From: Occultella glacieicola
Lineage (GTDB): Bacteria; Actinomycetota; Actinomycetes; Actinomycetales; Beutenbergiaceae
Direction of reading: 5' to 3'
NCBI RefSeq assembly: GCF_004353825.1
Contig: NZ_SMNA01000001.1
Span: forward strand, 496,001 to 560,000
Length of the DNA stretch: 64,000 bases
Shown here one piece after another: positions 56,415 through 64,000 of this stretch (positions within the stretch are counted from its first letter, which is position 1; every line of letters starts with the position of its first letter). The notes under the pieces were generated by a model, which saw only the letters and a list, made by a program, of their open reading frames with translations, had not been told where the DNA came from and did no database searches. Position numbers and translations under genes: made by a program.

Positions 56415-56897
56415 TCAGGACCCAGTGCTGCCCGAGCCGGCCACCGCCTCGCGCAACGTCCGCGCATACGCCGCGGCCTCGCCGTCGTCGGCGTAGGTCG
56501 TCCGCGGCCAGAAGAATCCCCGCAGCCCGTCCCCCTTCGTACGCGGCACCACGTGCGCGTGCAGGTGCGGGACGGACTGGCTGACCACGTTGTTCACGGC
56601 CACGAAGGTGCCCTGCGCACCGAGGGCGACCGGCACCGCGGCCGCGACCCGCTGCACGGCCGTCAGGAACGGCCCAGCCAACGCCGTCGGGAGGTTTGTC
56701 AACGTGACCACGTGCCGGGTCGGGACCACGAGGGTGTGCCCCTTGAAGAGGGGACGGATGTCGAGGAAGGCGACCGTCTCCTCGGTGCGGGCGACCACGT
56801 GCGCGGCCTCCGCGCCGGCCACGATCCGGCAGAACAGGCAGTCGCGGTCGGGCAGCGCGCCGACGGGTCGATCCGCCCCGGTCCCCGTGACGCTCAC
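56415..56897 (-). CDS. HIT family hydrolase
   Basis: CLFCRI; AFLDIRP..KGHTLVVP; QSVPHLHAHVVPR; GTGA overlap with the GNAT gene. Confidence 0.93.
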   Translation of the reverse strand: MSVTGTGADRPVGALPDRDCLFCRIVAGAEAAHVVARTEETVAFLDIRPLFKGHTLVVPTRHVVTLTNLPTALAGPFLTAVQRVAAAVPVALGAQGTFVAVNNVVSQSVPHLHAHVVPRTKGDGLRGFFWPRTTYADDGEAAAYARTLREAVAGSGSTGS

Positions 56898-57466
56898 CGG
56901 GCGTGCCACTCCTCGGCCAGCAGGGCGTAGCCGTAGCCGTCCATCCAGCCGCCGGTGCGGTGCAACGAGTCGCGCACGCTGTGACTCTCGCGGCGCATGC
57001 CGACCCGTTCCATCAGCCGCCAGGACGGCGTGTTGTCCGCGAAGCAGAGCGCGGTGACCCGCCGCAGGCCGAGCCCGTCGAAGCAGATCCGGATCAGCGC
57101 GGTCACGGCCTCGGTGGCGTACCCGTGGCCCTGGTGGGCCGGGTCCATGCTCCAGCCGAGCTCCGCCTGGGTCTCCTTGGCTCCGGCGGCCACCTCGGTC
57201 TGGGCCCAGGCGTCCTCGGGAGCGAGCATCAGGTCGCCGATGACCTGCCCGTCACGCTCGATCATCAGCGTCCTGGCGAGACGGCCCGGATCGACGAAGG
57301 ACGCGGTGAAGGCCTCCTTGTCGGCGTGCTGGGTGGTCATCCAGCGGGCCACGTCACCGAGGCGACGGTACGCCCAGGCGCTCGGGGCATCCGTGGCAGT
57401 GGCCGGCCGGATGCTCAGCCGGTCGGTCCGGACCGGCCAGGTGAGGCGATCGAACGTGGAACCCAT
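56894..57466 (-). CDS. RimJ/RimL-type GNAT
   Basis: TDRLSIRP; AELGW; HQGHGYATEA; N.PSWRLMERVGM. Confidence 0.92.
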   Translation of the reverse strand: MGSTFDRLTWPVRTDRLSIRPATATDAPSAWAYRRLGDVARWMTTQHADKEAFTASFVDPGRLARTLMIERDGQVIGDLMLAPEDAWAQTEVAAGAKETQAELGWSMDPAHQGHGYATEAVTALIRICFDGLGLRRVTALCFADNTPSWRLMERVGMRRESHSVRDSLHRTGGWMDGYGYALLAEEWHAR

Positions 57467-57515
57467 GCCCCCATACTGCCGCAGCACGCCCGTCCCCAGG
57501 TGTCCCCACCTGCTG

Positions 57516-58292
57516 CTAACCGGTGGGCTCCTGGAGCAGCTCGGCGATCGCCCGGCCCTGGACCGGGGTGATCTCGTGCGGGCCGAGCAGGGTCTGGTAG
57601 CGGATGTGGCGCCGGTTTCGGCGCGCGATCGACTTCAGGTTCCGCTTGATCACGAAGACGTCGAGGCGCCCGTAGACGAGCAGGGTCGGCACCCGCAGTC
57701 TGGTCAGGTCGCGGTAGGTGCGGGTCTGCATGACCGTGTGTTCCAGGCTGGAGCGGAACGCGGGCCAGGTCTCCTCGGTGATCTCCATACCCTTGACCAG
57801 CGGCGCGAAGACGTCGAGTCCCTTGGCGGCGGCGATGGTCAGGTCCGGGCTGTCGGCGATCAGGTTGAAGATCGCCGAGTAGCGGTCCTCGGCCGCCCGC
57901 GCGCCGAACCACCGCGGCCGGTTGCGCCGGATGCGGCGGAACGTCGGTGCCCCGAGCAGCACCAGTCGGGTGACCAGATCCGGTCGCTTGCGGGCCACCT
58001 CCCCGGCCACGATGCAGCCCATCGAGTGGCCGGCCACCACGGACTCGCGCACGCCCAGCCCGTCCAGGGTCGCGATGACAGCGTCCGCGTGCTGCTCGAC
58101 CGTGTAGTCGACCCGGGGTTTCGGGGCGTCGCCGAACCCGAGGAGGTCCAGCGCGAGGATCCGGTTGCAGGCTTCGTCGAGCTCGCGGAGCACGTACGTC
58201 CAGCTCTCATGGTTGTTGCCGAGTCCGTGCAGCAGCACGAGCGCCGGTCCGGAGCCCCGATCGACCTTCACGGGGAGGGTGGCAACGGACAT
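57516..58292 (-). CDS. Alpha/beta-fold hydrolase
   Basis: LVLLHGLG; DLLGFG; GHSMG nucleophile elbow; G..D; GPH; start uncertain (58340 also possible). Confidence 0.88.
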   Translation of the reverse strand: MSVATLPVKVDRGSGPALVLLHGLGNNHESWTYVLRELDEACNRILALDLLGFGDAPKPRVDYTVEQHADAVIATLDGLGVRESVVAGHSMGCIVAGEVARKRPDLVTRLVLLGAPTFRRIRRNRPRWFGARAAEDRYSAIFNLIADSPDLTIAAAKGLDVFAPLVKGMEITEETWPAFRSSLEHTVMQTRTYRDLTRLRVPTLLVYGRLDVFVIKRNLKSIARRNRRHIRYQTLLGPHEITPVQGRAIAELLQEPTG

Positions 58293-58403
58293 CGCGGGCT
58301 TTCTCGAGACGGGAGGCGGTGCGGGCACAGGGACCGTCATCCTACGGGCCGCCGGTTACGCTGGGCCGATCGGGTGAGGGTGCCCGGGCAGGGAAGTGGA
58401 CTC

Positions 58404-59669
58404 GTGGATCGAAGCGCGTGGGCCGCATGGCCGAGCGGCTCCGACCCGCGCACGCTCGAGCGGGATCTGCACCTGGCTCGGGAGGTGTTCCTGACCACGG
58501 GAGCCCCGACCCCGGGCGTGCGTCGGCTCGTTCTGGAGTCCTGGCGTCGGTCCCTGGAGTCCGGCGTCGACCCGGAACGGTCGGTCCCGCGCTCGGACAT
58601 CGCGGCGGCGGACCTGGCCGGTTATCGGCGTGAGCACCGGCTCTCCCTTGCGATACCGGTGATCCGCCGGCTATTGCTGGACGGACTCGGCTCCGACGGG
58701 ATGGTCGTCGCCCTCGGGGACACCCGGGGACGGTTGCTCTGGATCGAGGGCGACCGGGTGGCGAGGGCGGCCCTGGAGGGGATCGGCTTCGCCGAGGGCT
58801 CGAACTGGGCTGAGAACGCGACTGGGACGAGCGCACCGGGGATCGCCCTGGCCCTGGACCACGAGGTGCAGGTGTTCGGGGCCGAGCACTTCGCCGCACC
58901 GATCCAGCCGTGGAGCTGTACCGCCGCGCCGGTGCATGACCCGCTCACCGGGCGCACTCTCGGCCTGCTGGACATCACCGGCGGCCCCTCCGTGGCAGCG
59001 CCGCACATGTTGGCGCTGATCCGCGCCACGGTCGCCGCGATCGAGGCAGAACTGTGGGCGGCACCGCTGCCGGCGGCGCAGGCCCGCGAGGCGGATCTGC
59101 GGGTGCTCGGGCGACGCCGGGCCGGCCTGCGCCGCGGGCACGAGTGGACGGACCTGTCCGCCCGGCACGGCGAGATCCTGCTCGTGCTCAGCGAGACCCC
59201 GGAGCCGCTCGGGGCCGCGGAGCTCGCTGCCGCCGTGTACCTCGAGGACACCGCCGAGGTCACCGTGCGCGCCGAGATCTCGCGGCTCCGCCGGGGGATG
59301 CCCGGACTCCTGGGCGACGGCGGCCCGTACCGACTGCGCACGTCGGTGCGTTCCGACGTGGCACAGGTCCGTGACGCGGTCCGCGCCGGGGACCTGACCG
59401 CGGCGCTGGCCGCCTACGGCGGACCCGTGCTGCCCGCGTCGGTGGCCCCGGCCGTGGAGGACCTGCGCGCGGACCTCACGAACGAGATCCGCGCCGCGGT
59501 CCTCGCGAGCGCGGACCTGGCTGCCCTGGACCACTGGACCTCGGACCCGTTCGGGCGCGACGACTGGGAAGCCTGGGCGCGTCTGCGGGACCTCGCGCCG
59601 ACCGGCAGCGCCACCCGCCTGCGTGCGGACCTGCGCCTGGCAACTCTCGACCTCGAGTACGGTCCCTGA
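58404..59669 (+). CDS. GAF-domain transcriptional regulator (AcoR-like sensor, no sigma-54 ATPase)
   Basis: ESWRRS; W.E...GTSAPG.AL; AEHF...WSC.AAPVHDP; w[13 protein letters not shown]. Confidence 0.85.
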   Translation: MDRSAWAAWPSGSDPRTLERDLHLAREVFLTTGAPTPGVRRLVLESWRRSLESGVDPERSVPRSDIAAADLAGYRREHRLSLAIPVIRRLLLDGLGSDGMVVALGDTRGRLLWIEGDRVARAALEGIGFAEGSNWAENATGTSAPGIALALDHEVQVFGAEHFAAPIQPWSCTAAPVHDPLTGRTLGLLDITGGPSVAAPHMLALIRATVAAIEAELWAAPLPAAQAREADLRVLGRRRAGLRRGHEWTDLSARHGEILLVLSETPEPLGAAELAAAVYLEDTAEVTVRAEISRLRRGMPGLLGDGGPYRLRTSVRSDVAQVRDAVRAGDLTAALAAYGGPVLPASVAPAVEDLRADLTNEIRAAVLASADLAALDHWTSDPFGRDDWEAWARLRDLAPTGSATRLRADLRLATLDLEYGP

Positions 59670-59793
59670 CCCACCCGGGCGGGTGCGGCCGGCGCCCCTC
59701 CCACCCAGCATCACCCGTTGCGGTGTGGTTCCGAGGTACCCGGTGCGTCGGAATCGCACCATTGACGATGAGCGGCGCAGCACGAGGGCAGCC

Positions 59794-59831
59794 GGGTTGC
59801 AACGTGGATGCAACCCCCGGATTCGTAACGT
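59794..59831 (+). promoter_or_regulatory. Candidate activator site and -10 element of the ALDH gene
   Basis: GGGTTGCA-N7-TGCAACCC (also TGCAAC twice at 11-bp spacing) followed by TAACGT. Confidence 0.6.
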
Positions 59832-59886
59832 GGCTCACACGACCACCCGATGGCGGGTGGCGACCAGAACGCAAGGAGGCGCAGGG

Positions 59887-61413
59887 GTGACCATCTACAG
59901 CGCACCCGGTCGAGAGGGCAGCCTGATGAGCTACCGCGACCGCTACGACCACTGGATCGGTGGCGAGTACGTGCCGCCCACCGGGGGCGAATACTTCGAG
60001 AACGTCACACCGGTGACCGGGCAACCGTTCACGCAGGTGGCCCGCGGCAGCGCCGAGGACATCGAGAGGGCCCTCGACGCCGCCCACGCGGCGGCCAGGA
60101 CCTGGAACAGGACGACCGCCGCCGAGCGCGCCGGGGTGCTGAACGCGATCGCGGACCGGATGGAGGAGAACCTCGAGAAGATCGCCGTCGCCGAGAGCTG
60201 GGAGAACGGCAAGCCGGTCCGGGAGACCCTGGCCGCGGACATCCCGCTCGCGATCGACCACTTCCGCTACTTCGCGGCGGCCATCCGGGCGCAGGAGGAG
60301 CACGCCACCCAGATCGACAACGACACGGTCGCGTACCACTTCAAGGAGCCCCTGGGCGTGGTCGGCCAGATCATCCCGTGGAACTTCCCGATCCTGATGG
60401 CCGTGTGGAAGCTCGCCCCGGCGCTCGCGGCCGGGAACGCCGTGGTGCTCAAGCCGGCCGAGCAGACCCCGACCTCGATCCTGTACCTGATCGAACTGCT
60501 CGGCGACATCCTGCCGAAGGGCGTCGTCAACGTCGTGAACGGGTTCGGCGCGGAGGCCGGCAAGCCGCTCGCGTCCAACCCGCGGATCGCGAAGATCGCG
60601 TTCACCGGCGAGACCACCACCGGCCGGCTGATCATGCAGTACGCCAGCCAGAACCTGATCCCGGTCACCCTCGAGCTCGGCGGCAAGAGCCCGAACGTGT
60701 TCTTCGAGGACGTGGCCGCCCGGACCGACGACCCCTACTACGACAAGGCGCTCGAGGGCTTCACGCTGTTCGCGCTGAACCAGGGCGAGGTCTGCACCTG
60801 CCCGTCCCGAGCGCTGATCCAGGACTCCATCTACGACTCCTTCCTCGGCGACGCCATCGCACGCACCGAGGCGATCGTCGCCGGCAACCCCCTGGACACC
60901 ACCACGATGATCGGGGCGCAGGCCTCCAACGACCAGCTCGAGAAGATCCTCTCCTACATCGACATCGGCAAGGCGGAGGGCGCGAAGCTGCTCACCGGCG
61001 GCGGCCGCGCTGACCTCGGCGGCGACCTCAGCGGTGGCTTCTACGTGCAGCCGACGATCTTCGAGGGCAAGAACTCGATGCGGATCTTCCAGGAGGAGAT
61101 CTTCGGCCCGGTGGTGTCGGTGACCTCGTTCGCCGACTACGACGACGCGATCGCGACAGCGAACGACACCCTGTACGGCCTCGGCGCCGGCGTCTGGAGC
61201 CGCAACGGCAACGTCGCCTACCGGGCCGGCCGGGATATCCAGGCCGGCCGGGTCTGGACGAACAACTACCACGCCTACCCCGCGGGGGCCGCGTTCGGTG
61301 GCTACAAGAACTCGGGCATCGGGCGGGAGAACCACCAGATGATGCTCGACCACTACCAGCAGACGAAGAACCTGCTGGTGTCCTACAGCGAGAACAAGCT
61401 CGGATTCTTCTGA
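59887..61413 (+). CDS. Aldehyde dehydrogenase (AldB/ExaC type)
   Basis: [48 protein letters not shown]. Confidence 0.95.
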   Translation: MTIYSAPGREGSLMSYRDRYDHWIGGEYVPPTGGEYFENVTPVTGQPFTQVARGSAEDIERALDAAHAAARTWNRTTAAERAGVLNAIADRMEENLEKIAVAESWENGKPVRETLAADIPLAIDHFRYFAAAIRAQEEHATQIDNDTVAYHFKEPLGVVGQIIPWNFPILMAVWKLAPALAAGNAVVLKPAEQTPTSILYLIELLGDILPKGVVNVVNGFGAEAGKPLASNPRIAKIAFTGETTTGRLIMQYASQNLIPVTLELGGKSPNVFFEDVAARTDDPYYDKALEGFTLFALNQGEVCTCPSRALIQDSIYDSFLGDAIARTEAIVAGNPLDTTTMIGAQASNDQLEKILSYIDIGKAEGAKLLTGGGRADLGGDLSGGFYVQPTIFEGKNSMRIFQEEIFGPVVSVTSFADYDDAIATANDTLYGLGAGVWSRNGNVAYRAGRDIQAGRVWTNNYHAYPAGAAFGGYKNSGIGRENHQMMLDHYQQTKNLLVSYSENKLGFF

Positions 61414-61496
61414 GTCGACCCGCTGCGCCCCACGTCCGGGCACCGGGGTCCCGTCCCTCGGTGCCCGGGCGGCACGCACGTCGAGAGGAGAGGTCG

Positions 61497-61907
61497 ATGT
61501 CCCGGACGATCGAGCCCGCCGAACGGGTGGCGCTGACCCCGGCAGCCGCCGAGTTGCTCACCTCCCTGCGCCGCCGCCACGGCGAACTGATGTTCCACCA
61601 GTCCGGAGGTTGCTGCGACGGGTCCTCCCCGATGTGCTTCGCCGACGGCGAGTTCATCACCTCCGACGCCGACGTGCACCTGGGTGACCTGGCCGTGAGC
61701 GCGGCGGACGGCGACTTCACGGTGCCGGTGTGGATGAGCCGGTTCCAGTTCGACTACTGGCAGCACACCCACCTGACCATCGACGTGGTCCCCGGGCGCG
61801 GCGCCGGGTTCTCCCTCGAGGCGCCCGAGGGCGTGCGGTTCCTGATCCGGTCCCGGCTGCTCAGCGATGACGAGCTGGAGCGGCTCGAGGCCGCCACGAC
61901 GAACTGA
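61497..61907 (+). CDS. DUF779 protein
   Basis: HG.LMFHQSGGCCDGSSPMC; QF.YW.HT.L.IDVV.GRG.GFSLE. Confidence 0.95.
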   Translation: MSRTIEPAERVALTPAAAELLTSLRRRHGELMFHQSGGCCDGSSPMCFADGEFITSDADVHLGDLAVSAADGDFTVPVWMSRFQFDYWQHTHLTIDVVPGRGAGFSLEAPEGVRFLIRSRLLSDDELERLEAATTN

Positions 61908-61917
61908 GCGTGGTTGC

Positions 61918-62328
61918 CTACTCCTGGCCGCGCGCTTCCGCGACGGCCCGCTCCACGAGCGTGCGCAGGACCTCGACGTCCACGTCCGCCAGCCGCTTGA
62001 CGTACAGGCAGCCCTTCCCGGTGCTGTGCGGGCCGAGCTCGGCGAGCAGGTCCGTCGAGTTCACGGCCCCGTCCAGGTAGAGGGTGCTGGCCGCCTTGCG
62101 CGGGGAGAATCCGATCTCGAACCAGTCGATCTCCCGCCCGCTCTCGTAGACCAGGTGCCGGTCCCCGAAACCGACGATGCTCGGTCCCCAGAGCACCGGC
62201 TCGGCGCCGCTCGCCGAGCGCATGAGCCCGACGAGTCGCTCGGCGTCGGCACGCCGGACCTGATCGGGGATCGAGGCGATGAAGGCGTGCACGTCCCCCG
62301 CACCAGGGCGGGTCTTCAACTCGGCCAT
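61918..62328 (-). CDS. DUF1801 protein
   Basis: WGPSIVGFG....YESGR; GFSPRK; LG.H.TGKGCLYVKRLADVD. Confidence 0.9.
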   Translation of the reverse strand: MAELKTRPGAGDVHAFIASIPDQVRRADAERLVGLMRSASGAEPVLWGPSIVGFGDRHLVYESGREIDWFEIGFSPRKAASTLYLDGAVNSTDLLAELGPHSTGKGCLYVKRLADVDVEVLRTLVERAVAEARGQE

Positions 62329-62428
62329 GCCGCAGATCCTGCCACCGGGCGCCGACATCCGCGCGGGCTTGGTGGACAAGCAGGGCGGCCGGGCCCGTGG
62401 CGGGGCCGACCGTCCTGAGGAACCGCGG

Positions 62429-62608
62429 TCAGGCGTTCTCGTCGCCGACCTTGCCGTCCGCGAAGTCGCGCCCCTGCTGCACCTTGTCCGCGTACTTGCC
62501 ACCGGTCTTGTCGTTGGCGAAGTCCGCGGCCCGGTCGAGGGCACTGTCCGTCCGTTCCTCGTTGCCGAGCAACTCGCCGGCCTTCTTCTTCAACTCGTCG
62601 AAACCCAT
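62429..62608 (-). CDS. MT0933/Rv0909-like small protein (annotated antitoxin family)
   Basis: LD.AADF...KTGGKYADKV; GGAGG RBS. Confidence 0.8.
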   Translation of the reverse strand: MGFDELKKKAGELLGNEERTDSALDRAADFANDKTGGKYADKVQQGRDFADGKVGDENA

Positions 62609-62759
62609 CTGCATCCCTCCCGAACCCGAGCCGGGCGAGTGCCCGGTCAGGGCTGAGTCTCGACCAGGGCGGCTCGATCCGCACCCCGGATCGAGGCTCA
62701 GGCTCGTGGTCGCCGGGTCCGGCGGACGGGACGACGTCGGTGTCCAGAGGCCACGGCAC

Positions 62760-63974
62760 TCACCTCCCCGCGAGTACCAGCCGGCTGGCCGAGCCGGAAC
62801 CCGGGTCCGCCACGGCGGTCAGGGCGAGGGCGGTCCCGGCGATGCCCGAGAGCAGCCCGGGGCCGTCGTGGTCGCCCTGGTCGGGCGCGGCGGCTGGGCT
62901 GGCACAGCGGGCCGCGAGGGCCTCATGCGCCAGGCCGACGGCGGCGCTGCGGTGGTCGGCGGAGTCCAGTTGGGTGGCGGTCGAGGCGAGCAGGTCCCAG
63001 GTTCCCGCGGCACCGTGGCCGAGGCTCAGGTCGGTGGTGGCGCGTGCGGCCCCGGTGGCCGAGCGTACGGCGGCATGCACGTCGGCGAGCAGGTTGTTCC
63101 TGGGGGTCGCCAGGGCCAGACCCTGATCGCGCAGGGCGAGCAGGCGCAGCCTGGTGAGCCCGATGCCGATGGGGCCGGTCCACGGGTCGTCGGAGGGTCG
63201 GCCATCGAGTGGCGCCGAGGCGATGCCGGGTCCCGCCCCGGGGGTGGCCCAGGTGTCGGTTTCGGGCACGAACCAGGCCGACTCCCAACGCAGTCCGCCG
63301 TCGATGAGGGGGACCAGGTCCGTCGCGAGCACCGGATAGCGGGCGGCCGCCTCGGCCAGGGCGAGGATGACGCCCGAGGTTCCGTGGACGAGCCCGGTCC
63401 GGGCGCGACCGTCGGTGCCGGGCCAACACACGGTCCCGGATGGCAGGCGCCGGGCGCCGGCGCGCAGGCGCCGGGTGGCGGCCGAGACGGCGGTGGCGGG
63501 AGCGTCACAGACGAGCAACCCGAGCAGGTGACCGGCCGTGCCGGAGGCGAGATCGTGCCGCCCCGGCGCGGTCCGCACGGCGCCCGCGGCACGGCGGGCC
63601 CGCTGCCGCAGCTCGGGGGAGTCGGCAGCCGTGCCGACCCGGTGGGCGGCGCAGGCAACACCGGCCAGCCCGGTGAGCAGGCCCGGGGCGCCGTCCCGGA
63701 TGGCACCTTCCAGGGCTCGGGTCGAGGCATCCACCGCGAGGTCGAGCAGGTCGGACCGGTCGAGCGTGCGGCCCAGCTCGGCCAGGGCCCAGGCGGTCCC
63801 GGCGTCGCCGTCGTCGACGGCGTGGGGTGAGGCGCCGCGGACGGTCCGGCCCCGTGGCGAGGACCGGTGCCAGGTGGGTCCGGAGCCGCCGCGCACCACA
63901 CCGGCGTGCAGTTCGTCGGCGAGACCCCGCGCGTACGCCAGGAGGTCCGGTTCGTCGAGCGCGGTCACAGCCAT
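62760..63974 (-). CDS. Lanthionine synthetase C-like protein, zinc-ligand cysteines absent
   Basis: Repeated G.AG helical units (DGDAG, GLLTGLAG, DLASGTAG, GLVHGTSG, LGHGAAG, GLLSGIAG). Confidence 0.8.
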   Translation of the reverse strand: MAVTALDEPDLLAYARGLADELHAGVVRGGSGPTWHRSSPRGRTVRGASPHAVDDGDAGTAWALAELGRTLDRSDLLDLAVDASTRALEGAIRDGAPGLLTGLAGVACAAHRVGTAADSPELRQRARRAAGAVRTAPGRHDLASGTAGHLLGLLVCDAPATAVSAATRRLRAGARRLPSGTVCWPGTDGRARTGLVHGTSGVILALAEAAARYPVLATDLVPLIDGGLRWESAWFVPETDTWATPGAGPGIASAPLDGRPSDDPWTGPIGIGLTRLRLLALRDQGLALATPRNNLLADVHAAVRSATGAARATTDLSLGHGAAGTWDLLASTATQLDSADHRSAAVGLAHEALAARCASPAAAPDQGDHDGPGLLSGIAGTALALTAVADPGSGSASRLVLAGR

Positions 63975-64000
63975 GGTTCGTCCCAATCTGCGCTGTCGCG

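Noticed and set aside
62429..62608. Toxin-antitoxin system
   Set aside because: Only the MT0933-like small protein is present; there is no recognisable cognate toxin next to it.
62698..62754. 18-codon ORF MASGHRRRPVRRTRRPRA after the LanC-like gene, with a GGAGG 8 nt upstream, as a lanthipeptide precursor
   Set aside because: It has no Cys, no leader/core structure, and an Arg-rich composition typical of non-coding GC-rich frames.
1..64000. tRNA, rRNA, integrase/transposase or prophage
   Set aside because: None was recognisable by eye; a tRNAscan/Infernal run would be needed to exclude small RNAs formally.

Overview
This is a 64 kb chromosomal window from a high-GC actinobacterium, probably Micrococcales (judged from gene content, not computed). 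Its core is the dnaK-grpE-dnaJ-hspR heat-shock operon with two HAIR operators, transcribed divergently from a stand-alone, motif-intact mraY. Also present: a LacI-controlled Opp-type oligosaccharide transporter with a GH1 and a secreted glycoamylase-like (beta-1,2-glucanase-clan) enzyme; two ECF41-type and two ECF42-type sigma modules, each with a matching promoter motif; two antibiotic-phosphotransferase homologues; several GNATs; a TetR/ABC exporter; a PspA-like pair; NfeD/flotillin; a trio of paralogous two-TM proteins; an orphan ectD; tdh-kbl; a GAF regulator/aldehyde dehydrogenase/DUF779 unit; and, at the right edge, a LanC-like gene lacking its zinc-ligand cysteines. I saw no rRNA, tRNA, CRISPR array or transposase. 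Family calls come from motifs recognised by eye; no database search was run. No novel system is proven. The best leads are the glucan locus, the orphan mraY neighbourhood, the degenerate LanC and the membrane-protein trio.
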